Position numbers and translations under genes: made by a program
Shown: positions 8,646-17,954 of the stretch, piece after piece
Numbering within the stretch: position 1 is the stretch's first letter
Layout: each line of letters begins with the position of its first letter
The notes under the pieces: model-generated
The model's input: only the letters and a program-made list of their open reading frames with translations
Database searches by the model: none
What the model was told of the DNA's origin: nothing
Assembly: GCA_017415805.1 (NCBI GenBank)
Contig: JAFQEC010000004.1
Location: 2,843-66,842, forward strand
Reading direction: 5' to 3'
Origin: Clostridia bacterium
GTDB lineage: Bacteria > Bacillota > Clostridia > Oscillospirales > CAG-272
DNA: 64,000 bases

Positions 8646-9738
8646 TTCTGCTCTTTTTTTGCCGATAAAACAAGACCGCATGAAGCAAAAGCAAGAGCAA
8701 GGGAAGCACGCCGATGTAGCCGAACAGCGGATAGAGGATGCCGACCAGACGCTCAAAGCCCAAAAGCCCCAGCAAGAATGCCAGCAAGGACATCAGTGCG
8801 CTTGCGGGCAGTAAAAAGCGCCGCGCGCGCGGCAAGCGCTGCGTGAAATATTCATTCAGTGCCGATTGCGAGGAGATCCCCGAGGAAAGGATGCCGAAGA
8901 TCAGCAAAACCGCATAGAAGAAGCCGATCAGCCCACTCTTGGAAAAGGCAAGCGTGAGCATGGGGAGTGCGGTGTCGGTCACCTGCGGATCGGTGGCGAG
9001 GGCAAGCAGAATCAAAACCGCAAGCACGCCGAACAAAAGACCGCCGATCAAAATTCCCCGCCTGCCCAGTCGCGCCGAGGGTACGCTTTTTTGCAGCGGC
9101 ACGAGCACAGGGATGGCACAAAACATGCAGAACGTGGTATAGATAAAGCCGTCGAGCAGCCAGTTCCCACTCACCAGGCCGTCGATCTTGACCACGGGAA
9201 AGCGCATGCCGTCCCCCGTTGCGACCGAAACACAGGCAAGTGCCGCCGTTACGGCGATGAGCACGGGCATCAGCCCCGAGAGCACACGGGCAAGCCCCGT
9301 GACCCCCGCCACCGAAAGCGCGGTGCACACCACGCAAAATACGAGGCCGCCCACAAAGACGGACAAGCCGAAGATCTGTGCGACCAGCGACCCGACCGCG
9401 GCGACGTTGAGCAGATAGACCATGAAAAGGAACAGGCCCTCAAACAGTGCCACGAGGGCGCGCAGCCACGGGCAATCGAACCAGACGATGATACGATCCA
9501 TGCGCACCTCGTCGGACGCGATCGCAAAGCTCAGGATCACCGCGCCGCACGCGGCGATCAGCAATAGCGCAAGCGCGAGCCCCGCAAAGGACCACACGCC
9601 CTTGGAGCCGAAGAACTGCCAGAGCTCCTGCCCCGAAAGAAACCCCGCACCCACAAGACACCCGACGAAGGTGAGCGCAACGCGCACGGTCGCTGCCACG
9701 CGCATCGGTCTTGAATAAAGCTCTTTGCGTTCCCTCAC
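8626..9738 (-). CDS. YkvI-family membrane protein
   Basis: 370 aa polytopic protein. The N-terminal GAGFLSGQELWQFF motif is typical of the YkvI family. Its ATG overlaps the nrnA stop (ATGA). Confidence 0.6.
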   Translation of the reverse strand: MRERKELYSRPMRVAATVRVALTFVGCLVGAGFLSGQELWQFFGSKGVWSFAGLALALLLIAACGAVILSFAIASDEVRMDRIIVWFDCPWLRALVALFEGLFLFMVYLLNVAAVGSLVAQIFGLSVFVGGLVFCVVCTALSVAGVTGLARVLSGLMPVLIAVTAALACVSVATGDGMRFPVVKIDGLVSGNWLLDGFIYTTFCMFCAIPVLVPLQKSVPSARLGRRGILIGGLLFGVLAVLILLALATDPQVTDTALPMLTLAFSKSGLIGFFYAVLLIFGILSSGISSQSALNEYFTQRLPRARRFLLPASALMSLLAFLLGLLGFERLVGILYPLFGYIGVLPLLLLLLHAVLFYRQKKSRNKKRRI

Positions 9739-10748
9739 CGCTTGCCTCCACGGCGTGCAAGGATCGCATCGGCCACGGCGCGCTCGGCGGCGGCAATATC
9801 GGCGGCCCGCACGCTTGTGCCTGCGGCGCGGCGGTGTCCGCCCCCGCCAAATTCGGCGGCAACCTCGGCTACGTCAAAATCGACGTTGGCACGCAGTGAG
9901 ACGCGGAACACGCCCTCGGGGGTGCTTTGTCGGATCGCGACGGCGACCTCCACACCCTCGACGCAGCGCGCCACGTCCACCAGCGTTTCCAGATGCTCGT
10001 CCGAAAGCTCCAGTGCGGAGCGCAGCTCGTAGGGAAAGGTCAGGATGGCGACCTTTCCATCTTCGTAGAACGAAAGGCGGTCAAAGCCCGCACGCTCGGC
10101 GCGCAAAAGCTCCATGGACTTGACCTCGAACAAGCGCCGATTGATCTCGGCGGCGTCGATGCCACTCTCTACGAGCGCCGCGGCACGCAGATGCGTATCG
10201 CGTGTGACGTTGGAATAGCGAAAGCACCCCGTATCGGCGCTGATCGCGGCGTACAGAAGTGCGGCGCACCCGGCAGGGATCTCCTTTCCCGACGCGGCCA
10301 TCAGATCGTATACGACCTCGCCCGTGGCGGCGGCCTCGGGGCAGATATAGGCATCGGCGTAAGGGGCTCCCTTGCCGTGATGGTCGATCATCAACTCGAT
10401 CCTGCCCACAAAGCGCTCATACAGGCGACCGAGCTGTGCGGGGGATGCGGTATCCACACTTACCGCACGCGCATCGGTAAATTCGGCGGGCATGTGCTCG
10501 GGGAGCACGCTCTGTTGCAGCCCTTCGGTCAAAAAGCGCAACCGTTCGGGCACCTCGTCGGCACACAGGCACCATGCGGGGCTGCCCATCGCGCGCAACC
10601 AAAGCGCGAGTGCGAAGGCCGAGCCCACGGCATCGCCGTCGGGTCTTGCGTGGAACAGCACGCAGGTCGGCTGCGGCTCTAAGAGCCGTGCTATGACCTC
10701 GTGCAGTGTGAGCGCGCGAAGATCGGCATTCTTCACGGTGTCAGCCAT
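9735..10748 (-). CDS. nrnA: DHH/DHHA1 phosphoesterase, NrnA-like oligoribonuclease/pAp phosphatase
   Basis: Start at MADTVKN. Motifs HARPDGDAVGS, IDHHG and GGGGH are present. It follows rbfA, as in many Firmicutes. Confidence 0.8.
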   Translation of the reverse strand: MADTVKNADLRALTLHEVIARLLEPQPTCVLFHARPDGDAVGSAFALALWLRAMGSPAWCLCADEVPERLRFLTEGLQQSVLPEHMPAEFTDARAVSVDTASPAQLGRLYERFVGRIELMIDHHGKGAPYADAYICPEAAATGEVVYDLMAASGKEIPAGCAALLYAAISADTGCFRYSNVTRDTHLRAAALVESGIDAAEINRRLFEVKSMELLRAERAGFDRLSFYEDGKVAILTFPYELRSALELSDEHLETLVDVARCVEGVEVAVAIRQSTPEGVFRVSLRANVDFDVAEVAAEFGGGGHRRAAGTSVRAADIAAAERAVADAILARRGGKR

Positions 10749-11115
10749 TGTCCTCGCCCTCCCCCTCGTCGGGATCGGTGATGGTAATGGAATTGAGCAG
10801 CGTGGCAATATGCGCGCCGTTTGCGATCGAGGTATCCTCCACGAAGGTGAACTCGGGCGTAGCGCGCAGATTCATGCGCTGTGCCACCATACGGCGAATA
10901 AAGCCCGCCGAGGACTTGAGGCCGAGATAAACCTCCTTCTTCTCGCCGCGCAGTGCGGAATAATACACCTTGGCATACTTGAGATCGGGCGTGACGTCCA
11001 CACCCGTGATGCTGACAAAGGCCTCACTCACGCGCGGATCCTTGACCTCGCGCAGGATCTGTGCCAGCTCCTTTTGCATCTCGTCGTTGATTCTGCCTCT
11101 GCGATAGTTTGCCAT
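10741..11115 (-). CDS. rbfA: Ribosome-binding factor A
   Basis: 124 aa from MANYRRGRINDEMQKELAQIL. VSITGVDVTPDLKYAKVYY is typical of RbfA. Confidence 0.85.
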   Translation of the reverse strand: MANYRRGRINDEMQKELAQILREVKDPRVSEAFVSITGVDVTPDLKYAKVYYSALRGEKKEVYLGLKSSAGFIRRMVAQRMNLRATPEFTFVEDTSIANGAHIATLLNSITITDPDEGEGEDNG

Positions 11116-11129
11116 TTGGTTTTCCTTTC

Positions 11130-11166
11130 TTTGGCGAAAAAGGAGAGCGCAATGCTCTCCTTTCTC
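11130..11166 (-). terminator. Terminator after tpiA
   Basis: GAAAAAGGAGAGC / GCTCTCCTTTCTC hairpin with a T-run on the minus strand. Confidence 0.65.
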
Positions 11167-11179
11167 GGTCATGCTGTAA

Positions 11180-11947
11180 TTACTGTGCCGCGTCCACGAT
11201 GGCGGTGAACTTCTTTGCCACCAGCGACGCGCCGCCAATGAGGCCGCCGTCCACGTTGGGCTTGGACAGAAGCTCAGCTGCGTTGGCATCGTTCATCGAG
11301 CCGCCGTACTGAATGGTGGTCGCCTCGGCAACCTCATTGCCGTAGAGCTCGGCGATGGTTGCGCGGATCACGGCGCAGGCGTCCTCTGCCTGCTCGGGGG
11401 TAGCGGTAAGGCCCGTACCGATGGCCCAAACGGGCTCGTAGGCGATGATGACGTTCTTCATATCCTCTGCGGAAATGCCGGCAAGATCCAGCTTGATCTG
11501 CATGGCGCAGACCTCGTTGGTGATGCCCGCAAGGCGCTGCTCCTTGACCTCGCCCATGCACAGGATCACGCGCATACCGGCGGCCAGCGCGGCCTTGGTG
11601 CGCAGGTTCACGGTCTCGTCGGTCTCACCGAAGTACTGACGGCGCTCGGAGTGGCCGACCAGAACGGTGTTGACGCCGATGGCCTTGAGCATATCGGCCG
11701 AGATCTCGCCCGTGTAAGCGCCCTTTGCCTCATAGTGCACGTTCTCGGCACCGATGACGATGTTTGAGCCCTTTGCAGCCTCCATCGCAGCGGCGATGGA
11801 AACGAAGGGAGCGCAGAAAATAATGTCGCAGTTGTCCTTGCCCGCAACCATGGGCTTGATCTCATTGATGAATGCGGTCGCCTCGGCGGGGGTGAAGTTC
11901 ATCTTCCAGTTACCGGCAATTACGGTTCTTCTCTTAGCAGGATTCAT
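11180..11947 (-). CDS. tpiA: Triosephosphate isomerase
   Basis: Start at MNPAKRR after an AAAGGAAG RBS. IAGNWKMN, VGHSERR and AYEPVWAIGTG motifs are present. Confidence 0.95.
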   Translation of the reverse strand: MNPAKRRTVIAGNWKMNFTPAEATAFINEIKPMVAGKDNCDIIFCAPFVSIAAAMEAAKGSNIVIGAENVHYEAKGAYTGEISADMLKAIGVNTVLVGHSERRQYFGETDETVNLRTKAALAAGMRVILCMGEVKEQRLAGITNEVCAMQIKLDLAGISAEDMKNVIIAYEPVWAIGTGLTATPEQAEDACAVIRATIAELYGNEVAEATTIQYGGSMNDANAAELLSKPNVDGGLIGGASLVAKKFTAIVDAAQ

Positions 11948-11974
11948 TTCTATTCTTCCTTTCAATGATGAAAA

Positions 11975-13270
11975 TTATTTATCAAGCAGGCATGCAATTC
12001 CGGGAAGGGTCTTGCCCTCGAGGAACTCGAGCGAAGCGCCGCCGCCCGTGGAAACATGCGTCATCTTGTCGGCAAAGCCGAGCTTCTCAACCGCTGCTGC
12101 GGAGTCACCGCCGCCGATGATCGAGATCGCGCCCGATTCAGCCACAGCCTTGGCGACCGACTCGGTGCCTGCGGCAAAGCTCTCCCACTCCGAAACGCCC
12201 ATCGGGCCGTTCCAGACAACGGTGCCTGCGTTCTTCAGAACATCGGCAAACAGCGCCTGCGACTTGGGGCCGATATCCAGACCCATCCAGCCCTCGGGGA
12301 TCTTGTCAGAATCCACGGTCATGCTCTCGGTGTCGGGCGCGTATGCCTTGCCCAGCTTGTTATCCACGGGAAGCATGAAATTGACGCCCTTGGCCTTTGC
12401 CTTCTCCATAAGCTCACGCGCAAGGTCAAGCTTATCGCTCTCGCAGATCGAGGTGCCGATCTCCAGACCCTGTGCCTTGAAGAAGGTGTAGGCCATGCCG
12501 CCGCCCACGATCAGGGTGTCGACCTTCTCGATGAGGTTGTTGATGACGCCGATCTTATCCGAGACCTTTGCGCCGCCGAGAATGGCAACGAAGGGGCGCT
12601 TGGGGTCGGAGAGTGCGCCGCCCATGATCGAGATCTCCTTCTGGATCAGGTATCCGCAAACGGCAGGCAGATAATCTGCAAGGCCTGCGGTGGAGGCGTG
12701 TGCACGGTGTGCGGTGCCGAAGGCATCGTTGACGTAGATCTCCGCCATGGAAGCCATCTCCTTGGCGAAGTCGGGATTGTTCTTGGTCTCCTCCTTATGG
12801 AAGCGGACGTTCTCAAGCAGCAACACCTCGCCGGGCTTGAGAGCAGCGGCCTTTGCCTTTGCATCGGGGCCGATCACGTCCTTGGCCATCTGCACCTCAA
12901 TGCCGAGAAGCTCGGACAGGCGCTTTGCAACAGGAGCGAGGGAGAACTTCTTGTCGTCATTCTTTGCAGCCTCGAGATACTTGGCGGTTGCTGCCTCGCG
13001 CTCGGCCTCGGGCAGAGCCTCGACCTTCTTCTTCTCCTTCTTGTCCAGCTCCAGCTTGGCGTTGAAGATGTTGTGGGGACGGCCGAAGTGCGAGCACAGG
13101 ATCACAGCCGCGCCGTTGTCAACCAGATACTTGATGGTGGGCAGCGCACCGACAATACGCTTGTCATCGGTGATGCGGTCGCCGTCCATCGGAACATTGA
13201 AATCGCAACGGGCAATCACCTTTTTGCCCTTGAGTGCGATATCCTCAATGGTTTTCTTGTTGTAGGTCAT
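11975..13270 (-). CDS. pgk: Phosphoglycerate kinase (with a ~35-40 aa Lys/Glu/Ala-rich insertion)
   Basis: ATG 13270 follows an [37 protein letters not shown] and STGGGASLE motifs are present. Confidence 0.95.
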   Translation of the reverse strand: MTYNKKTIEDIALKGKKVIARCDFNVPMDGDRITDDKRIVGALPTIKYLVDNGAAVILCSHFGRPHNIFNAKLELDKKEKKKVEALPEAEREAATAKYLEAAKNDDKKFSLAPVAKRLSELLGIEVQMAKDVIGPDAKAKAAALKPGEVLLLENVRFHKEETKNNPDFAKEMASMAEIYVNDAFGTAHRAHASTAGLADYLPAVCGYLIQKEISIMGGALSDPKRPFVAILGGAKVSDKIGVINNLIEKVDTLIVGGGMAYTFFKAQGLEIGTSICESDKLDLARELMEKAKAKGVNFMLPVDNKLGKAYAPDTESMTVDSDKIPEGWMGLDIGPKSQALFADVLKNAGTVVWNGPMGVSEWESFAAGTESVAKAVAESGAISIIGGGDSAAAVEKLGFADKMTHVSTGGGASLEFLEGKTLPGIACLLDK

Positions 13271-13410
13271 TTTCAGATCCACCTTTCGTTTTTTTGCAGC
13301 TGCGAGAGAGCAGTTGCCTTAACAGGATTATTTTATCACAATACGCGCGCATTATCAAGAGCAAATTGTCAAATTTTTCTCGATTTTCACATTTTTGGCG
13401 ATTTTATACG

Positions 13411-13445
13411 CAAAAGGGCTGCCGCAACGCGGCAGCCCTTCTTTC
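13411..13445 (-). terminator. Terminator after the DUF11-like gene
   Basis: A 12-bp stem (AAGGGCTGCCGC / GCGGCAGCCCTT) with a T-run on the minus strand. Confidence 0.7.
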
Positions 13446-13480
13446 TGCTTCCTGTCTTTTTTCAAACGGCGACACTGCTG

Positions 13481-14290
13481 TCAAGCCGTTACCACACCCG
13501 TCACGGTATAGACCGCCACAGCACCCGCAGGCAGCGTGATCTGTGCCGCGGGATCGACGGTCAGCAGGCCGTCGACGAGCTGATAGTCAGTCGCGACAAG
13601 CGGAACCGCAACGCCGTCCACCGTGAGCGAGAGTCCCGTGAAGGAGAACTGCGCGGGCAGCTGATCGGTGAGCGCATCCAGCACGATGGGGCTCGCGGTG
13701 TTGTTGGTCACGGTAAAGAGGAACGAGATGCTCTCCCCCACACCGGCGCTTGCAGGCGCGCTCTTCACGATGGTGAGAGGCACGCGCGTGATCGTTGCAG
13801 ATGCGCTATCGGTGAGAATTGCTCCGACGGGCGAGCCCTCGCGCGCCGTTGCGGTTGCAAGCGAGACGACCGTATCTGCTGCCGTAGCGTTGACGGTGGC
13901 GTTATACACGAGAAATACGACCGCGCCGGCAGGGATCGGAGCCGGGAAGGTAAAAATTACGCTTCCCGTGCTGACAATCACGGGGAAAGGGCTGATAGAC
14001 GCACCGTTATACAAAAATGCGGCCGCGCTCCCCTCCACATAATCCAGAGCGCCGCCGCCGAGATCCGACTCGACCACAGCATTTACAAGTGTTCCCGTTC
14101 CCGTATTCTGCAAAGCGACGGTATAGAGAATGGTGTGACCAACGCCAAAGGTCTCGGGAGAAGCCGTGTGATAAAGCTCCATACCATACGTGACCGCCAC
14201 ATCCGTGCCCGTAGTGTTGGAAACGATAGAGGCCTGCGTACCGCCCTGGGGCGTGTAGCGCAGAATCCCCTGATTGAAAAGAGTTGCCAT
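13481..14290 (-). CDS. DUF11-like conserved-repeat-domain protein (two Ig-like repeats), no signal peptide
   Basis: 269 aa from MATLFNQG, after an AAAGGAAA RBS. The Thr/Val/Ala-rich beta-type repeats (YTVALQNTGTGTL, FLFTVTNNTASPI) are typical of DUF11. Confidence 0.55.
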   Translation of the reverse strand: MATLFNQGILRYTPQGGTQASIVSNTTGTDVAVTYGMELYHTASPETFGVGHTILYTVALQNTGTGTLVNAVVESDLGGGALDYVEGSAAAFLYNGASISPFPVIVSTGSVIFTFPAPIPAGAVVFLVYNATVNATAADTVVSLATATAREGSPVGAILTDSASATITRVPLTIVKSAPASAGVGESISFLFTVTNNTASPIVLDALTDQLPAQFSFTGLSLTVDGVAVPLVATDYQLVDGLLTVDPAAQITLPAGAVAVYTVTGVVTA

Positions 14291-14439
14291 GATTGTGATT
14301 TTCCTTTCTTTGCATTCGGAGACCGACTGCTTCGGCCCCCGCATTAGCAGAATATGCCGAGAAGGGGCGAAAAGTGTGCTCACAGCCCCCTCGGCTTGAC
14401 ATTTTGCGCGCGATGGGGCATAATAAGAGGTGAAATGAG

Positions 14440-16164
14440 GTGAAGCCCTTGAAGCAAAAAAGAACCGTTGCACTCGCCACTCCCGAGGCAATGCAGGTAG
14501 AACGCACCCCTGCAATATACCCCCGCCCGCAGCTGCGGCGCGACTCCTTTTTCTCACTGGACGGCCAATGGGAATTTTCGGCACACCCCAAGGGTGCGCC
14601 GCCCACGTTTGATGGGCGCATCCGTGTGCCCTTTCCGCCCGAATCGGCACTCTCGGGCATCGGCCGGGTCTTTGCCGACGGCACCGAGCTTCACTACCGC
14701 CGCCGCTTTTCTCTGCCCTCGGGCTTTTTGCGTGAGCGCGCGATCTTGCACGTGGGTGCGGCCGATCAGCGTGCCGAGGTCTTTCTCAACGGTCATTCCC
14801 TTGGCACACACGAGGGTGGCTATCTCCCCTTCTCGTTTGATATTACGCGCCATCTGCGCGCGGGCGAAAACACGCTCTATATCCGCGTGACAGACGAGCT
14901 GGACAAGCATATCCTGCCCTGGGGCAAGCAAAAGCACAAGCGCGGCGGCATGTGGTACACGCCCGTATCGGGGATCTGGCAGAGCGTATGGCTGGAGAGC
15001 GTGCCCGAGCGCTATGTGCGCGCGCTGGATATCAAGGCGAACGGCACGGGCGCCGTGATCCGCGCCGAGGGCGTGGACGAGGGCATGGTGATCGTGACCA
15101 CACCCGAGGGGCTGACCTGTGAGAAGCTGAAAAACGGCGTGGCGCATATTTCCCTGCATGCACCGCAGCTGTGGTCCCCCGAGGATCCCTATCTGTATCA
15201 ATTCAAGCTGATCTGCGGTGCGGACACGGTGCACTCCTATTTCGCCTGCCGCACGCTCTCGGTGGGCAAGGTGCGCGGCGTGCCGCGTCTGCTGCTCAAC
15301 GGCAAGCCCTATTTCTTCCACGGCCTGCTCGATCAGGGCTACTTTCCCGACGGCATTTTTACCCCCGCGCGCCCCTCGCGCTACGAAAAGGATATTTTGG
15401 CCGCCAAGTCGCTGGGCTTCAACACACTGCGCAAGCACATCAAGATCGAGCCCGAGCAGTTTTACTATGATTGCGACCGTCTGGGAATGATCGTGTTTCA
15501 GGATATGGTCAACAATGGGCACTACTCCTTTTTGCGCGATACGGCGCTGCCCACACTGGGCTTCAAGCGACGCAACGACAGGCGGCTGCACCGCGATGCG
15601 GCCACGCGCGCCGCGTTTCTCACCGCAATGGAGCAAACCGTCACGGCTCTTGCCAATCACCCCTCGGTCTGCTATTGGACGATCTTTAACGAGGGCTGGG
15701 GGCAGTTTGACAGCACTGCCGCCTTCGAAAAGCTCCGCGCGCTGGACGGCACACGCTTCATTGACACCGCATCGGGCTGGTTTACCCCCTCGCAAAGCGA
15801 CGTGGACAGTCCGCACGTCTATTTCAAGCCCGTGAAATGCCGCCCAAAGCAGCGCCCCATGGTGCTCTCGGAATTCGGGGGCTATTCGCTCGCCGTGAAG
15901 GATCATATTTTCAACCCCGACAGGGTATACGGATACCGCAAATTCACGGACGAAAAGGCATTTCAGACAGCACTGCTCGCGCTCTACGAGGACGAGATCC
16001 TGCCCGCCGTGCGTGCGGGGCTCTCGGGCGCGATCTACACCCAGCTCACCGACGTCGAAGACGAGATCAACGGTCTCTTTACCTACGACCGCAAGCATTG
16101 CAAGGTGAACGCCGACGCGATGCGTGCGCTTGCCGAGCGACTGCTTGAGGCGGCATTGGAATGA
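14440..16164 (+). CDS. Glycoside hydrolase family 2 (beta-galactosidase/beta-glucuronidase-like)
   Basis: 574 aa with VFLNGHSLGTHEGGYLPFSFDIT, WYTPVSGIWQSVWLE and WTIFNEGWGQ. The GTG 14440 start follows AGAGG; ATG 14491 is an alternative start. Confidence 0.8.
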   Translation: MKPLKQKRTVALATPEAMQVERTPAIYPRPQLRRDSFFSLDGQWEFSAHPKGAPPTFDGRIRVPFPPESALSGIGRVFADGTELHYRRRFSLPSGFLRERAILHVGAADQRAEVFLNGHSLGTHEGGYLPFSFDITRHLRAGENTLYIRVTDELDKHILPWGKQKHKRGGMWYTPVSGIWQSVWLESVPERYVRALDIKANGTGAVIRAEGVDEGMVIVTTPEGLTCEKLKNGVAHISLHAPQLWSPEDPYLYQFKLICGADTVHSYFACRTLSVGKVRGVPRLLLNGKPYFFHGLLDQGYFPDGIFTPARPSRYEKDILAAKSLGFNTLRKHIKIEPEQFYYDCDRLGMIVFQDMVNNGHYSFLRDTALPTLGFKRRNDRRLHRDAATRAAFLTAMEQTVTALANHPSVCYWTIFNEGWGQFDSTAAFEKLRALDGTRFIDTASGWFTPSQSDVDSPHVYFKPVKCRPKQRPMVLSEFGGYSLAVKDHIFNPDRVYGYRKFTDEKAFQTALLALYEDEILPAVRAGLSGAIYTQLTDVEDEINGLFTYDRKHCKVNADAMRALAERLLEAALE

Positions 16165-16189
16165 ACGGGCGAAGCAGTTATGCAAACAA

Positions 16190-16227
16190 AAAAGCACCCC
16201 CGCAGAAATTCTGCGGGGGTGCTTTTG
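16190..16227. terminator. Bidirectional terminator (GH2 / mscL)
   Basis: AAAAGCACCCCCGCAG-AAATTC-TGCGGGGGTGCTTTT hairpin. Confidence 0.85.
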
Positions 16228-16234
16228 TTCAAAT

Positions 16235-16783
16235 TTATTTTTTCGCCAGTTGCTCCAAAAGCTCGGTCTGGCGCGCGATGTTGGCGTAGACAGCCTGAAG
16301 CTCGGCTTCCTTTGCGGCAAGTGCGGCGGCAGCGGCCTCGGCCTTCACCTTCTCCTCAGCCTTCTTCTGCTCCTCGGCAGCCTTGGCGGCCTCCAGCTCT
16401 CTTTGCTTGACGCGCTTCATCACGTTGGTGGCGATGCGTGCGATCACAAAGAGCGTAAAGGCGACGAGCAGGAAGTTGATCACGGCGTTGATGAACATGC
16501 CCCAGTCAATGTAGATCGATTCCTCAAGATCGGGCGTGCCGTCCTCGAGATTGACGCGCTGCAGGAAGGTATAGACCTCGCTGAGCGAATCCTTGCCCAA
16601 GATCTTGGCAAGGATAAAGTTGATCACGGGCTTGAGGATGTTGTTGCTCAGGGCCGTAATGATCGCGGTGAACGCACCGCCGACGATAACACCGACGGCC
16701 ATATCCACCACGTTACCACGGGTGATGAACTTCTTGAAATCCTTGAAAAAGCCTGTTTTCTTTTCCTTCTTTTCCTTTTTCAT
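16235..16783 (-). CDS. mscL: Large-conductance mechanosensitive channel with a long Ala/Glu/Lys-rich C-terminal extension
   Basis: Start at MKKEKKEKK after an AAGGAGAG RBS. FITRGNVVDMAVGVIVGGAF is the MscL signature. 182 aa. Confidence 0.85.
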   Translation of the reverse strand: MKKEKKEKKTGFFKDFKKFITRGNVVDMAVGVIVGGAFTAIITALSNNILKPVINFILAKILGKDSLSEVYTFLQRVNLEDGTPDLEESIYIDWGMFINAVINFLLVAFTLFVIARIATNVMKRVKQRELEAAKAAEEQKKAEEKVKAEAAAAALAAKEAELQAVYANIARQTELLEQLAKK

Positions 16784-16844
16784 TTTTTGATCTCTCCTTT
16801 TTTCTTTTATGTATCTATGGTAGCACATTCGACACGAAATGTCA

Positions 16845-16884
16845 ACAAAAAAACGGACGAAAGCGAAATTTCGTCCGTTTTTAT
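16845..16884 (-). terminator. Terminator after aroG
   Basis: ACGGACGAAA-GCGAAA-TTTCGTCCGT hairpin with a T7 run on the minus strand. Confidence 0.8.
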
Positions 16885-16889
16885 TGCAC

Positions 16890-17918
16890 TCAAAGCAGAT
16901 CGGCGATATCCAGAATGAGCCGTTCGGTCTTCTCCCAGCCGATGCAAGGATCGGTGATCGACTTGCCAAAGCCCTCCTCGCCGATCTTACGGCAGCCGTC
17001 CTCCAGGTAGCTCTCGATCATGAAGCCCTTGACGATGCGCTTGATGTCGGCGTTGTGACGGCAGGAATGGAGCACCTCCTTGCAGATGCGGGGCTGCTCG
17101 GCGTATTTCTTGCCCGAGTTTGCATGGTTGGCATCCACGATCACCGCGGGATTGACAAGATCCGTCTTGGCGTACAGTGCCACCAGACGCACCAGATCCT
17201 CGTAATGATAGTTGGGGTAGCTGATGCCCTGCTCATCCACATAGCCGCGCAGAATGGCGTGTGCCATGGGATTGCCGTTGGTCTCGACTGCCCAGCCGCG
17301 GTAGATGAAGGAATGGGCGTGCTGTGCCGCGGTGATCGAATTCATCATGATCGAAAGGTCACCGCCCGTGGGATTCTTCAAGCCGACAGGGATACCGATT
17401 CCGCTGGATACCAGACGGTGCTCTTGATTTTCGGTAGAGCGCGCACCGACCGCAACGTAGGAAAGCAGATCGGAGAGGTAGCGGTGATTGGCGGGATAAA
17501 GCATCTCGTCTGCGGTGGAAAGACCCGTTTCGGTCAGCACGCGGGTGTGAAGCTCGCGAATGGCAAGGATTCCCTTGTAGACGTCGGGCATGCCCGAGGG
17601 ATCGGGCTGGTGCAGCATGCCCTTGTAGCCGTCGCCCGTGGTACGGGGCTTATTGGTATACACGCGGGGCACGATCACAAGCTTATCCTTCACCTGCTCC
17701 TGCACACGCGCAAGGCGGTGTGCATATTCCAGCACGGGCGCATCGGAATCGGCCGAGCAGGGGCCGATAATCAAAACAAGCTTGTCGGACTCGCCGCGAA
17801 AGATCTTTTGGATCTCAATGTCGCGCTTCTCCTTCTGCTCGGCGGCGGCGAGAGACACGGGATACTTTTCCTTGGTTTCTTGGGGAATGGGGAGCTTTCG
17901 GATAAACTTCATATCCAT
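16890..17918 (-). CDS. aroG: 3-deoxy-7-phosphoheptulonate (DAHP) synthase, class I
   Basis: 342 aa with LIIGPCS, RVYTNKPRTT and GLKNPTGG motifs. Confidence 0.85.
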   Translation of the reverse strand: MDMKFIRKLPIPQETKEKYPVSLAAAEQKEKRDIEIQKIFRGESDKLVLIIGPCSADSDAPVLEYAHRLARVQEQVKDKLVIVPRVYTNKPRTTGDGYKGMLHQPDPSGMPDVYKGILAIRELHTRVLTETGLSTADEMLYPANHRYLSDLLSYVAVGARSTENQEHRLVSSGIGIPVGLKNPTGGDLSIMMNSITAAQHAHSFIYRGWAVETNGNPMAHAILRGYVDEQGISYPNYHYEDLVRLVALYAKTDLVNPAVIVDANHANSGKKYAEQPRICKEVLHSCRHNADIKRIVKGFMIESYLEDGCRKIGEEGFGKSITDPCIGWEKTERLILDIADLL

Positions 17919-17954
17919 GGGGGATCACACTTCTTTCTTGATTCGGATTCAAAA

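Noticed and set aside
12056-14347. A 763-aa plus-strand ORF spanning pgk and the DUF11-like gene.
   Set aside because: It is antisense to two well-supported minus-strand genes and crosses their intergenic terminator. The product is compositionally biased and carries no motif.
14554-16320. A 588-aa minus-strand ORF opposite the GH2 gene.
   Set aside because: It is an antisense shadow ORF. It runs through the bidirectional terminator at 16190-16227, and GH2 motifs lie on the plus strand.
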